From Acidimicrobiaceae bacterium (GTDB lineage Bacteria > Actinomycetota > Acidimicrobiia > Acidimicrobiales > Aldehydirespiratoraceae): a stretch of 59,347 nt of DNA. How positions within the stretch are numbered: position 1 is the stretch's first letter; each line of letters opens with the position of its first letter. The notes under the pieces were generated by a model. That model worked only from the letters and a program-made list of their open reading frames with translations. It ran no database searches and was not told the DNA's origin. Location: the NCBI GenBank assembly GCA_028820455.1, contig JAPPJC010000001.1:1-59347 (forward strand). Direction: 5' to 3'. Both the position numbers and the translations under genes were made by a program. Shown piece after piece: positions 31,029 through 42,800 of this stretch.

Positions 31029-31949
31029 ATGATCGTTTACGTTGCTTTAGCCGTTTTAGCGGTGTTGGTCGCTATAACGATAATAGCCACTGCACGACGC
31101 TGGCAATCCGCCAAAGCCATCGCTATGGTCGTCTCTAAGGAGACTACCAGTGACAACCGGAGCAGCACGGAATCTTTACTCGCATTGGGCGGTAAAGCTT
31201 CAGCAGAGGAGATTGCCGTAGAACGTGCTGCAAAAGCTGTCCATTCAGCAACAATCGGCGGTGCTGATAGTAGCTCCACAGCAACCTCAAAAAAATCCGC
31301 CGCCAAAGCCGAGCCTTCTCAGCCACCTGATCCTGAGACGATCGGAGTGAACCGGCGGCAGTTCTTCAACCGTACCATAGTCATGCTCATGGGTATGAGT
31401 CTTTCAGGGTTCGGGGCAGCTTGTATAGCTTTCTTATGGCCTCAAGGTGCAAGCGGGTTCGGAGCAAAAATCAAAGTCGGTTTAGTAAGCGACCTGCTCA
31501 ACGAAATACGCGACAACAACGGCTTCTTATACAAGCCGGAGGGTCGCATGTGGCTAACCGAATACCCCAACGGTGCAGTAGAAAAAGCGATAGCCGCTTA
31601 CAGTGACTCGGAGTTGGCTGGTATGACCGCCGGGCAAAAACTAGGGCTCAGTAGCGGCATAGTGGCTCTCTACCAGAAATGCCCTCATTTGGGTTGCAGA
31701 GTTCCGAGTTGCCCGACCTCACAGTGGTTTGAATGCCCATGCCATGGCTCGAAATATAACCAGGTCGGTGAAAAACGAGGCGGTCCCGCGCCCCGGGGAA
31801 TGGATCGCTTTGCTGTGGAAGTCACTGCAGACGGCTCTCTTATCGTAGATACTGGCACAATCATTCAAGGCCCCCCCATAGGCACGAACACCACCGGACA
31901 AGAAGCAGAAGGCCCAAACTGTATAGGCCAAGTAGACGCCAGTCACTAA
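31029..31949 (+). CDS. Rieske 2Fe-2S subunit
   Basis: CPHLGC and CPCHGS; internal Tat-like NRRQFF before a TM helix. Confidence 0.93.
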   Translation: MIVYVALAVLAVLVAITIIATARRWQSAKAIAMVVSKETTSDNRSSTESLLALGGKASAEEIAVERAAKAVHSATIGGADSSSTATSKKSAAKAEPSQPPDPETIGVNRRQFFNRTIVMLMGMSLSGFGAACIAFLWPQGASGFGAKIKVGLVSDLLNEIRDNNGFLYKPEGRMWLTEYPNGAVEKAIAAYSDSELAGMTAGQKLGLSSGIVALYQKCPHLGCRVPSCPTSQWFECPCHGSKYNQVGEKRGGPAPRGMDRFAVEVTADGSLIVDTGTIIQGPPIGTNTTGQEAEGPNCIGQVDASH

Positions 31950-32220
31950 GGTCGACTATAAGCCAGAAAAATACAAGCCAAGTCAACTACAAGCCAGAAA
32001 AACCAGTAAACAATATGAAACGCCGACAAATACGACAGATACTATCTCCAGCAAGCACTATCCGAATACGATTGCAAACACTATTACGATTGCAAAAACT
32101 ATAAGGCAGACCACCACTTACAATCATCATTCGCAATGGACACCCGATAACCGCGTGCACTGAAACCGCTCACCACGAAGACACCTACACCCCCTACAAA
32201 CTCTGACTCCCTGATACAGA

Positions 32221-33480
32221 ATGCTACTCGCCGCTTCAACGCAACGATCGATTGGGCTGATCATCTTTGCTGTCATAGTCATCGGCTTTGCCTTATATCT
32301 TTTTTTCAACTCCCGCGCAGCTCGTCCCGAAGTGGGAAGCGAACTCGAACTCGCACCCAACCGTAAGCCCTACCTTGACGACTCCGAGCTTGAAGGCTCT
32401 AAACTCGACAAAACCCTACTAACAGGCCTGGCCATGTTGATGGTCATCAGTGTGGGACTCCCCCTTTACTGGTTAGGTGAACCCGGACGGCACGATGGGT
32501 TGATCGAACTCACAGATGAAATATTCACACGACGTGGGACAGCACTCTACGAAGAAGGAGCCGACTGCCAAGCCTGCCACGGTGCTCAAGGATCAGGAGG
32601 TTCAACAACATACACCCTTACAGACAATGAAGGAAACTTCATAGCAACGGTTGCCTGGACTGCACCATCACTCAATACGGTGCTGTCACGTTACAGCGAA
32701 GACGAGATAACCCACATCCTCAACTACGGACGCAACAATGTCATGCCCGCATGGGGTGCACCTGGTGGCGGCCCGTTAACCGAACAACAGCTTGAATACC
32801 TGATCTACTACCTGCGTAGTATCCAAATACCTGAAGCGGATATACGCAGTACCGTGGACCAGGGAATACGTGACGGCATAGCACAGCACCTCAACGTTGC
32901 AAACAACGACCCATCAGTGGATGAATGGCTTGCATCTGTAGAAGAAACAGTAGAAGAAGCACGCTCAATGGCATTGGCAGCGGATAGTTCCCTCGCAGGC
33001 GACGAAGACGCCATACGCTCAGCTGGGCTTGAACTACTTTCAGCAGGAAAAACCCCGGGCAGTGAACTTTACCTGACTTACGGGCGGATAATATTCAACA
33101 ACAAGGCTGCTAGCGGCACTTACAGTTGTGCTCGGTGCCACACTTACGGCTGGTCTTTCGATGCGACCACAGACGGTGACGATAACATCGACGGTCACCC
33201 AGGCCCCATTCTTGAAGCTTACAAAGATGGCGGCGGATTCTTTGGACCCAACCTTACCGGCGGCAGCACTTTAGACCAGTTTGAAACCGCTGCTGAGCAT
33301 GCCGACTTCATATCACAAGGCCAAGACATAGGCCAAACTTATGGCCGAGGAGGAGCAGGTGGTAACGGTCAGATGCCTGGTTTCGGCCCACGCCGAGACG
33401 ACAATCTCGAAGTAGCCTACCCTGAAACACTCACACCAGACCAAATTGATGCTGTTACTGCATTTGAGAGGAATCTGTAG
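32221..33480 (+). CDS. membrane-anchored diheme cytochrome c
   Basis: CQACH and CARCH, distal MP motifs, two N-terminal TM helices. Confidence 0.9.
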   Translation: MLLAASTQRSIGLIIFAVIVIGFALYLFFNSRAARPEVGSELELAPNRKPYLDDSELEGSKLDKTLLTGLAMLMVISVGLPLYWLGEPGRHDGLIELTDEIFTRRGTALYEEGADCQACHGAQGSGGSTTYTLTDNEGNFIATVAWTAPSLNTVLSRYSEDEITHILNYGRNNVMPAWGAPGGGPLTEQQLEYLIYYLRSIQIPEADIRSTVDQGIRDGIAQHLNVANNDPSVDEWLASVEETVEEARSMALAADSSLAGDEDAIRSAGLELLSAGKTPGSELYLTYGRIIFNNKAASGTYSCARCHTYGWSFDATTDGDDNIDGHPGPILEAYKDGGGFFGPNLTGGSTLDQFETAAEHADFISQGQDIGQTYGRGGAGGNGQMPGFGPRRDDNLEVAYPETLTPDQIDAVTAFERNL

Positions 33481-34514
33481 TGATGCCTGAATCACTGAAT
33501 CTGCTAGCCGGCTTGGCTTGGGATCCTGAGATTCGAGGCTTTATGGCAGTGTTCGCCGGCACAGTGGTTCTATTCGGATCTGTATGGCTGATATTGGCTA
33601 CCAATGTAGGCTTCCGTCTCAGTACCATAATCACACTCACAGGACTGTTCGGCTGGATGGGGATAATGGCAGCAGTGTGGTGGATTTACGGAATAGGCTG
33701 GATAGGCAGTTCACCAGCCTGGAAGCTAATAGAAATCAATGTAGGCGATTTACAGCAAGCCAGTCTTGCCGAGGCCACAACTTTACCCAACCCGAGTGAG
33801 TTGCCTTCAGCTTTTGAACTAGCAGTTCTGTCTGACGATCCTGTAGCGCGAGCAGAGTTTGGGGCGGTGACTGTCGATACTCTCACAGCCGACCAAATCG
33901 AAGGTCTCACTTCAAATGAGATTGCTGAAGTTGTAGCTGAGGAACAAGAAAAGAACATAACAGCCAACTTGTCTGAACTAGCAGCAGTGGCACCTGCTGT
34001 GATATCCGCCGCTGAAGCAGACGGAAGGCTGAACTTCGGAGGGTGGAAGCTCCTATCGACAGCCGAATCGGGGGAAGCCCAAGCATCTGCCGTGGCAATG
34101 CTTATAGAAAACCCTAATCTGAAGTTCACCTCACAAAGCGATTTCAAGCTTCTCGATGCCTATAGTATCGGCGGCAAATCGACCCTACCTGCCAATCCCA
34201 CACGTTTAGACAGAATCGGGACACAAATTCAAACCGCTCTTACCATCACCAACCCGGTAAGTTACGGAATTGTGCAAGTGCAGGAGGTGATCGATCAACC
34301 TTTGTTACCTGGTCGACCGCCTCCACTTGCGAAGGTTGACCCGAACAAGCCGGTTATTTCCGTTATAATGGTCAGAGATCTAGGCGATGTCCGCCTCAGG
34401 CCTGCGTTAGTGACATTAGGATCGCTTGCCGTTTTTATCGCGTTTTGTCTTTTTCTGCATGAACGTGATAAGCAGGTGCGAAGACGACAAGAGGAGACCC
34501 TTGCAAACGCCTGA
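33480..34514 (+). CDS. membrane protein of unknown function
   Basis: TM helices at both ends; overlaps the cytochrome c stop. Confidence 0.7.
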   Translation: MMPESLNLLAGLAWDPEIRGFMAVFAGTVVLFGSVWLILATNVGFRLSTIITLTGLFGWMGIMAAVWWIYGIGWIGSSPAWKLIEINVGDLQQASLAEATTLPNPSELPSAFELAVLSDDPVARAEFGAVTVDTLTADQIEGLTSNEIAEVVAEEQEKNITANLSELAAVAPAVISAAEADGRLNFGGWKLLSTAESGEAQASAVAMLIENPNLKFTSQSDFKLLDAYSIGGKSTLPANPTRLDRIGTQIQTALTITNPVSYGIVQVQEVIDQPLLPGRPPPLAKVDPNKPVISVIMVRDLGDVRLRPALVTLGSLAVFIAFCLFLHERDKQVRRRQEETLANA

Positions 34515-34606
34515 ATTAAAAAGGCCGCAAGCTAGGCATACGCACATGAGAAACCTCCCATGACTTCTGCAAATACTGTTCAAACCTCAAAACAGCTGAC
34601 CAGCCA

Positions 34607-35167
34607 ATGTTAGCAACCGTTTTAGGGCAATACCTACCAGTTTTGGCCCTGCTGACACTTGTGATATTGTTTGCTGTGGGTAGTTTGCTGGCATCAAGAA
34701 TTCTTGCTCCACGCAAGCCCAGCATTCCAAAATCAGCTCCATACGAATGTGGTATAAAGCCCGCACAAGATACGCCAGACCATTTTCCGGTGAAATTTTT
34801 TCTGGTGGGAATGGCCTTTATAGTATTCGACGTGGAAATTATTTTGTTCTACCCCTACGCAGTTGCTCATGGTGGACTGGGAATATTCGGGTTAATGGTT
34901 ATCCTGGTGTTTACGTTCGCAGTATTTGAATCTTTCTTATATTTGATAAGCGAAGGTGCTCTCAACTGGGCCCCACAGTTGAAACCTGAAACCACTGTCA
35001 AGTCATCGCATGATAAGGCAGGCCGGCACACCACTCATGGACCGGAAGCAGTCCAGATGGCAACAGGGCAGAAACCAGAGACAATGCATTCAGTGGACAC
35101 AACGTCTCACACTGCCCCCACTGCTCGGAAAACTGTTCGCCGTGTAGGTTTTGAAGGTCGCCGCTGA
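34607..35167 (+). CDS. nuoA: NADH-quinone oxidoreductase subunit A
   Basis: [20 protein letters not shown]; C-terminal extension. Confidence 0.93.
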   Translation: MLATVLGQYLPVLALLTLVILFAVGSLLASRILAPRKPSIPKSAPYECGIKPAQDTPDHFPVKFFLVGMAFIVFDVEIILFYPYAVAHGGLGIFGLMVILVFTFAVFESFLYLISEGALNWAPQLKPETTVKSSHDKAGRHTTHGPEAVQMATGQKPETMHSVDTTSHTAPTARKTVRRVGFEGRR

Positions 35168-35781
35168 TGGTTGAACTTCCCAAACAATTTCTTGATATCA
35201 ACGACTACGGCATCGAAGGTCTTCGGCACAACTTCATAACTTCCAACCTTGAGAAGCTTGTCAACTGGTCTCGAGCTCGGAGTTGTTGGCCCGCTACTTT
35301 CGGATTGGCTTGCTGTGCCATTGAAATGATGGCAACCGGTGCAGCACACTACGACCTAGCCCGTTACGGTATGGAAGTATTCAGAGCTTCCCCGAGGCAA
35401 GCCGACCTGATGATCGTAGCCGGGCGCGTGTCGCAGAAAATGGCACCGGTGTTGCGTCAAATATACGATCAGATGATGGAGCCGAAATGGGTGATCTCAA
35501 TGGGGGTGTGTGCTTCCAGTGGAGGCATGTTCAACAACTACGCTATTGTGCAGGGGGTAGACCAGATAGTGCCAGTAGACGTTTATGCTCCTGGCTGTCC
35601 GCCTGGCCCCGAAACTCTCATGCACGCTATTTTCACGTTACATCACAAGATCACCACTGGGGAGCTTCTAGCCCGTCGAAATCAAACCGCAAACGGTGGT
35701 GCTGGCTTCACAATAAAACAGCAAGACGGTCAAACAGCAACCTCTATGCTAAAACGCCCAAGCAACACCACGAGCAAATAA
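35167..35781 (+). CDS. nuoB: NADH-quinone oxidoreductase subunit B
   Basis: [30 protein letters not shown]. Confidence 0.97.
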   Translation: MVELPKQFLDINDYGIEGLRHNFITSNLEKLVNWSRARSCWPATFGLACCAIEMMATGAAHYDLARYGMEVFRASPRQADLMIVAGRVSQKMAPVLRQIYDQMMEPKWVISMGVCASSGGMFNNYAIVQGVDQIVPVDVYAPGCPPGPETLMHAIFTLHHKITTGELLARRNQTANGGAGFTIKQQDGQTATSMLKRPSNTTSK

Positions 35782-35882
35782 GCGACCCACACGAAAAACA
35801 CACTGAAAAACAAGCAATAACGACTCAGGAGTAGATTCCGATGTCTACCAGCAACCTCAAATACCACTCCTGAAACAACAAA

Positions 35883-36383
35883 ATGACGCCACCAAATCAA
35901 CGCTACGGAGCAGCAGTCGGTGATCTTGCGAACTCTAGAGGACAAGCTGTTGTGCATCCCACCCTCGACAACTGGCTGAGCACAGCCACAACAGCTCAAG
36001 AAGATGATTTCAACCAACTGGTTTATCTGACCGCGGTTGATTATTTAGATTTCAACGCCAACCGATGCTTGCCAACTGGCATCTTAGCGGAACGTTACGA
36101 GGTGGTTGCCGGTCTTATGTGCTACGACCGTCGGGAGCGTTTACGTTTGAGAGTACAAGTCCCCGAATCAAAGCCTGAAATACCTACCTTATTCGATCTT
36201 TGGCCTGGCGCGGAGAATCTTGAGCGAGAAGTCTACGACATGTTCGGTATCGTCTTTACCGGTCATCCTGATCTCACTCGCATACTCATGCCAGAAGACT
36301 GGGCAGGCCATCCACTACGCAAAGACTACGATACCGGCTGGATACCCGTGCAATTCTCAGCAACAACCAACTCTCGCCGATAA
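35883..36383 (+). CDS. nuoC: NADH-quinone oxidoreductase subunit C
   Basis: EREVYDMFGIVFTGHPDLTRILMP..GHPLRKDY. Confidence 0.95.
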   Translation: MTPPNQRYGAAVGDLANSRGQAVVHPTLDNWLSTATTAQEDDFNQLVYLTAVDYLDFNANRCLPTGILAERYEVVAGLMCYDRRERLRLRVQVPESKPEIPTLFDLWPGAENLEREVYDMFGIVFTGHPDLTRILMPEDWAGHPLRKDYDTGWIPVQFSATTNSRR

Positions 36384-37718
36384 ATGACCACAAATACCCG
36401 ACTTTCACTCGATTCGACAGGGGAAGCCTCTGTAGATTCAAAGAACCACTCTGCGATCAGTGCAGAATCTGCTGTACTACGCATATCCGAGGCTGAAGCA
36501 GCGACTGCAGCAGCGATAACGTCGACCGAGACAGCATCAACAGTCCCCACCGACAATAGTCGAGTGCTTCTCAATATGGGGCCTTCTCATCCTTCCACGC
36601 ACGGTGTTCTACGACTGTTGCTTGAACTTTCCGGCGAGACCGTATTAAGATCGAAGCCGATTATCGGCTACCTTCATACCGGTATGGAAAAAACCGCTGA
36701 GAATCTTACTTACGTGCAAGGCGGCACCAACGTAACCCGCATGGATTATGCGTCACCTCTGTTCACTGAATTGGCGTACTCGATGGCTGTTGAACGGCTC
36801 TTGGAAATTGAAATACCTGATCGAGCCGTGTGGATACGTATGCTCATGTGCGAACTCAACCGCATGAGTTCACATCTGCTGTTTATGGCTACCAACGGCA
36901 TGGACCTCGGGGCCGTGTCGATGATGATATACGGGTGGCGTGAACGTGAAGAGGTGTTGCGTTTCTTCGAAAAAGTCACCGGTCTGCGAATGAACCACAA
37001 CTATATTCGTCCCGGCGGTGTGGCTGCCGACCTGCCGGCAGGTTGGCGTGACGATGTTTCTGATTTACTTGAGCTGATCGAACCACGCCTCGACGAATAC
37101 GACACCCTGTTAACGGATCAGCCTATCTGGCGTGAACGCCTACAAGATGTGGGCATCATCACAACAGAAGAAGCTTTGGCTTTGGGTGCTACCGGACCGC
37201 TGCTTCGAGCATCAGGAATGCCCTGGGATTTACGGCGCGACGAACCTTACATGTTTTATGACCAGGTTGATTTCGATGTGGTGGTAGGTGACCACGGCGA
37301 CTGCTACGACCGTTACGCTGTGCGGCTCAACGAGATCCGTGAATCCATGCGGATAGTGTCACAGATCGCTGACATAATGCCTGAAGGCGATTTCCGTTCA
37401 CAAAACAAGAAAATCACCCCACCACCGAGGACCCGCATCAACGAATCGATGGAAGCTCTGATTCATCATTTCAAGATATTCACCGAAGGATTCCAAGTGC
37501 CAGTCGGGGATGTTTACGCCGCTGTAGAGTCACCACGCGGTGAGCTAGGTGTTTATATAGTGAGCAACGGCACCTCGAAACCGTATAGGCTGCACGTGAG
37601 AGCTCCAAGCTTTGTGAATTTGCAATGCTTGCCCCATCTAATGCACAACGGCCTGATCGCTGACGGTGTGGCGATCATTTCATCGGTTGATCCGATCATG
37701 GGAGAAGTAGACCGGTGA
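36384..37718 (+). CDS. nuoD: NADH-quinone oxidoreductase subunit D
   Basis: NMGPSHPSTHGVLR, GYLHTGMEK, C-terminal GEVDR. Confidence 0.97.
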   Translation: MTTNTRLSLDSTGEASVDSKNHSAISAESAVLRISEAEAATAAAITSTETASTVPTDNSRVLLNMGPSHPSTHGVLRLLLELSGETVLRSKPIIGYLHTGMEKTAENLTYVQGGTNVTRMDYASPLFTELAYSMAVERLLEIEIPDRAVWIRMLMCELNRMSSHLLFMATNGMDLGAVSMMIYGWREREEVLRFFEKVTGLRMNHNYIRPGGVAADLPAGWRDDVSDLLELIEPRLDEYDTLLTDQPIWRERLQDVGIITTEEALALGATGPLLRASGMPWDLRRDEPYMFYDQVDFDVVVGDHGDCYDRYAVRLNEIRESMRIVSQIADIMPEGDFRSQNKKITPPPRTRINESMEALIHHFKIFTEGFQVPVGDVYAAVESPRGELGVYIVSNGTSKPYRLHVRAPSFVNLQCLPHLMHNGLIADGVAIISSVDPIMGEVDR

Positions 37719-39778
37719 ACGAAGTCCTCGCCGCAGAGATCATAGCACGTTTCCCACGTCGGAAATCGGCTATGATAAGCCTTTTACATCTCGCTCAGCG
37801 GCAAGATGGCTATGTCACTGATAGTGCGATGCAGCGTATCGCCGTGCTTACCGGCACAACCCCTGCTGAAGTGAAAGGCACGGCCAGCTTCTATGAGATG
37901 TTCCGCTTCGAACCCACCGGCACTTACCTTTTGAATATTTGCACCAACATCTCCTGCTTACTAAAAGGAGGAGAAGAACTTCTAGATCATGCGTGCTCTA
38001 CTTTAGACGTGTCTTTGGGCGACACCACTGCTGATGGTGTTTTCACTCTGCAGGAAGCAGAATGTTTGGCAGCCTGTACTGAAGCACCATGCTTGCAAGT
38101 CAACTACCGCTACAAGTATCGTCTTTCAACTACGGATTTTGATCAATTGATCACCAGTCTGCGTGCAGGTGATCTACAAGCTGAGATACCTCCGCATGGC
38201 ACTTTGGCACGCAACCGACAAGCCATACCCGCAGAATACCCAGCAGGCATACTGCCACCGGAACAATGCCGAGAAATGCCTGTCTGGATGATTGGAGACG
38301 TCCCCGCCACGACTGAAAAAAGCGATACCCCCGCGAGCTCACCAGACCGTGACACACCAAGCGATACACCCGCTGTGAACGAACACAACCGTACACCGGA
38401 AGCCCATGCCCCTGGATACGTGAACAACCGAGGGCCTAAAATCATTACCAAGCGTTTCGGGTTTGCGGATTCTTTCACTTTGCAGCGTTACGAAGAGACC
38501 GACGGCTATCAGGGGCTGAAAACTGCTCTCGGACGTTCGCCTTCAGCGATTCATCAGTTGGTTAAAGATGCCGTGCTACTAGGACGTGGCGGTGCCGGTT
38601 TTCCGGCCGGTGTGAAATGGGGATTCCTACCACCAGATGAATATCCGTACTACCTTGTGGTTAACGGTGATGAGAGTGAGCCAGGCACTTACAAGGATCG
38701 CCTGCTCATGGAATGCGACCCGCACCAGCTGATTGAGGGTTGTCTGATCACCTGCTACGCTCTTGGAATCAAGCAGTGTTTTCTTTACGTGCGCGGCGAG
38801 ATGGCATTGGCGCAAGAACGCATCACCCAAGCCTTGAACGAAGCATACGCAGCGGGTTACGTGGGAACGAACATTCTCGACACCGAGTTTTCTGCTGATA
38901 TTGTGATGGTTTGGGGTGCTGGAGCATACATTGTCGGCGAAGAAACAGCACTCATCGAGAGCCTGGAGGGCAACAGAGGAATGCCCAGACTCAAACCTCC
39001 ATATTTTCCGGCTGCTATCGGCCTATATTCTCAACCGACCATTGTGAACAACGTGGAGACTTTGAGCAACCTGCCTTGGCTGCTCATGAACGGTGCTGAT
39101 GCTTACAAGCAGTATGGTTCTGAGTCATCTCCCGGTACTCGCATGTTTGCCGTGTCAGGTCATGTCAAGCGGCCAGGCGTATATGAAATAGAGCATGGCG
39201 TTACCACTTTCCGGGAGTTGATCTACGGTGAAAATTTCTGTCAAGGCATCCATGAAGAGCGAAAATTGAAAGCGTTCATACCCGGAGGCGGCTCCGCTCC
39301 CTGGTTCTTCGCAGAACATTTGGACTTGCCGCTTGAAGCCAAGGCCGTCTCTGAAGCCGGTTCGATGTTGGGGTCGGGTGCGGTGGTTGTAATGGACGAA
39401 ACCACCGATGTCGTGAAAGCGGCTTTACGTATTGTGAAGTTCTTCTCACACGAATCTTGCGGTAAATGTTCACCGTGTCGTGAAGGCACCAGCTGGATGG
39501 AACTCATTTTAAAGCGCATTTGCAAAGGTCGGGGCAGGCCTACGGATATCGCCCTACTGCTGGATATCGGCGACAATATAAGCCCTGGGCCGTATCCGGT
39601 GGCCGCTAACCCTGAAGCCGGTATCGAGGCTGTGCCTTTCCCGCCGAAACAAACCACTATCTGCCCTCTAGGTCCATCGGCAGTGGCACCTGTTGCTTCT
39701 ACCATCAGTCGCTTCCGAGAAGAATACCGAGAAAAGATACTGAGAAGCGTGCCAGTCAATTTGACGACCGTCGCATGA
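37715..39778 (+). CDS. nuoF: fused NuoE-NuoF
   Basis: N-terminal NuoE (CTNISC..CLAAC), linker, then GRGGAGF, NGDESEPG, GAGAYIVGEETAL, ESCGKCSPCREG, TICPLG. Confidence 0.92.
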   Translation: MNEVLAAEIIARFPRRKSAMISLLHLAQRQDGYVTDSAMQRIAVLTGTTPAEVKGTASFYEMFRFEPTGTYLLNICTNISCLLKGGEELLDHACSTLDVSLGDTTADGVFTLQEAECLAACTEAPCLQVNYRYKYRLSTTDFDQLITSLRAGDLQAEIPPHGTLARNRQAIPAEYPAGILPPEQCREMPVWMIGDVPATTEKSDTPASSPDRDTPSDTPAVNEHNRTPEAHAPGYVNNRGPKIITKRFGFADSFTLQRYEETDGYQGLKTALGRSPSAIHQLVKDAVLLGRGGAGFPAGVKWGFLPPDEYPYYLVVNGDESEPGTYKDRLLMECDPHQLIEGCLITCYALGIKQCFLYVRGEMALAQERITQALNEAYAAGYVGTNILDTEFSADIVMVWGAGAYIVGEETALIESLEGNRGMPRLKPPYFPAAIGLYSQPTIVNNVETLSNLPWLLMNGADAYKQYGSESSPGTRMFAVSGHVKRPGVYEIEHGVTTFRELIYGENFCQGIHEERKLKAFIPGGGSAPWFFAEHLDLPLEAKAVSEAGSMLGSGAVVVMDETTDVVKAALRIVKFFSHESCGKCSPCREGTSWMELILKRICKGRGRPTDIALLLDIGDNISPGPYPVAANPEAGIEAVPFPPKQTTICPLGPSAVAPVASTISRFREEYREKILRSVPVNLTTVA

Positions 39779-39875
39779 CAATTCTGACTATACCCAGCAC
39801 TAATCTGACTATACCCAGCACTAAGAATTATGTGACAGGCTTTGCGAGGAAGGAATTGTAGAGGCAGGAATTGCA

Positions 39876-42800
39876 ATGGTAAACATCACAGTGGACGGAA
39901 TGCTTGTCGAGGCAGAAGAAGATGAGCTGCTGATATCTGCTTGTGAACGAAACGGAGTTCACATACCCAGGTTTTGTTATCACCCTCGCATGGAATCCGT
40001 GGGTATGTGCCGGGTGTGCCTAGTAGAAGTGGACACAGGACGCGGGGCCACTCTTCAGCCTTCCTGCGTTATCGCTGTAGCTGAGAACATGCAAGTTCAC
40101 ACCGACTCCGAAGCCACCAAAAAAGCCCAGGATGGGGTTTTGGAGTTTTTGTTGGTCAACCATCCTCTCGACTGCCCGATATGTGATAAGGGTGGCGAAT
40201 GTCCGCTGCAGGATCAGACCATGGCATACGGCCCAGGAGAAACCCGTTTCGTTGAAAAAAAACGCAATTTCGAGAAACCAATACCGATCAGTAGCACTGT
40301 CTACCTTGACAGGGAGCGTTGCATCCTATGTGATCGCTGCACCCGCTTTGCAGATCAAGTGGCAGGCGACCCTCTTATTCATTTCATGGGACGAGGTGCT
40401 CTTAGTGAAATAAATATTTTCCCTGATGAACCGTTCTCGTCTTACTTCTCAGGTAACACTGTGCAAATATGTCCAGTGGGTGCTCTCACAGCACTGCCCT
40501 ATCGTTTCAAAGCTCGTCCGTGGGACCTCAGCGACACACTTTCAACTGCTTGGGTTGACAGTATGGGTGCACGCGTCAATGTTCAAGCATCTCACAACCG
40601 AGTGCTGCGTCTGCTCGGGGAAGATTCCGAAGCTGTTAACTGGGGCTGGCTTTCCGATAAGGAACGTTTCGCTTTTGAAGCTCTCAACCATGAAAGCCGT
40701 CTTCGCTCACCACTCATCAGAAACAAAGCCAGTCCCATCACCACTGTCAATGATACCGACACTGAAACCGATGAAACCGATACCTGTACTGAAACCCACG
40801 AAACCGACAATCTATCAGATTATGGCTCCGCTGGAAACGAAGCCGACCACGACACACCCACGGCTGATGACTTTGTTGAAACCACCTGGGATGAGGCACT
40901 ATCTCGAACGGTTGACGCTCTAGCTGCTGCGCATCCTAAACGTATCGCCGTGCTGGGAGGGGCAAGACTCACCAATGAAGCACAATACGCTTGGATCAAG
41001 CTGATCAAAGGTTTTCTCGGCTGCGACAATGTTGATGCACAACTCAACGACGGTATCAAGGCAAACCTACTGCTAAATCTTCCACGGGCAACCATAAGCG
41101 ACACCTGCCGTCCGGATTCGACAGTGATCTTATTGGGGCCCGACCCGAAAGAAGAACTAGGTTCTCTGTATCTGCGTTTACGTCATGCAATAATGCGAGA
41201 CAACGTGTCTCTGATCGAGATACAACCCTGCGCTGGAGGTCTGACCAGCATAGCCGCCCATACGTTGCAACCTCAACCCGGTGAAACAGCAGTCCTGGTG
41301 AGATCACTGGTTCACGCTGCCAACTACGCCAGATCCACCAGAAAAGCCGGCATAGCCGATATAGATGCCTATCTCAACAAGAAAACACCCGGCGTGGGCA
41401 AGAAAAACAAGAAAAATCCCACCCCGAAGATCGCAGCGACCAGCTCCAACAAAGGCAAAGCAGTCAGAACTGCAAATGCCCTAGAAGCTGACGTTGAAAT
41501 CGCTGGGGTGGCTAGTACTGAGATTGCAGCTGCAGCCAAAACTTTGAGCCTCGCCTCTGAGGGGGTGACCATAATCTTGGGCCGTCCTTCTTTAGCTGAA
41601 TCCGTTCAGGCAATAGAGGAAGGGCTCCTTGAATTGCGGAAGCTTCCGTCTGTGAGGTTCTTGTCGGCGTTACGCCGTGGCAACATCCATGGTGCTCTTA
41701 ACACTGGCTTCGCTCCGGCTTGGCTGCCCGGTCACACGCATCAGAAGGCCACCAAAAAAAATCCGGCTGTGCGAAGTCGTTTCAAGGAGTTCTGGCCAAA
41801 ACTGCCCAACAATATAGGATTTGATGCTCAAGGCATACTCGCAGCAGCAGCAAGACATGAAATTGATGTGCTTATATTGTTGGGTGCTGATCCGCTCAAC
41901 GATTTCACCGACCGTCGAATGGCTCACGAAGGCTTACAAGGTGCAAGCATGGTGGTAGCTGTGGACATGTTTCTAAACGACTCGTCATCAGCAGCTGCCG
42001 ACGTAGTATTAGCTGCTGCCGGACCCACTGAAAGTGAAGGCACGTTCACTAACCTTGAGAATCGTGTCACACTGATGGGCCACAAGGTTACACCCCTGGG
42101 CACTTCCCGTCCCGACTGGACTATAGCAGCCGAATTAGCTTTTCGCCTGAACCCTGAACAGGATTTCAATTCAGACTCCCCACAGGCAATTCGAGCTGAG
42201 CTAGCTCGAGTATCAGATATGCACAGTATGCTCACCGAAGAAGCATTGAATGCCAGCCCTATTGAAGGAGTGCTGCTCACCAAAACCGGCAACCCCCCTA
42301 AAACTGCTGACCCATCTAACGGTGCTGGCCCATCTGAAGTTGCTGATCCTGATAAAACCGCTTCTGCGACAACAACAGCAACTAGTGTCAGTAGTTTCAC
42401 CACCACTGGCTTCAGCGCAAAACAGGCAGCAGTGAAATTGTCCGCAACTCCTGGAATATCGCTGCCGCCGCCAGCAACAAGAGACAGTCGCTCACAGACA
42501 GCGGATCTTTCGAAGCTTGCAGATACTGCCAGCTCCTTAGCTTCAGACTCAGGCAACCTTTCAGCTTCAACGGATACCAGTCAAATAAAAAAGAGTGCTG
42601 GTTACGTAAACTTGAAACTTGTGGCTATCCGCACTATGTACGACGATGGCGTAATGTTACGCCACTGCCCTTCAAGCAGCAAATCGGTACAACCTGCTAG
42701 TGCCCGCATCAACCCCAAGGCACTGAGCCGTTTAGGAATTGCGAATGCCGCTGAAGTGAAAATCACCTCGGATAGCGGCAGTATCAACGCCAAACTTTAT

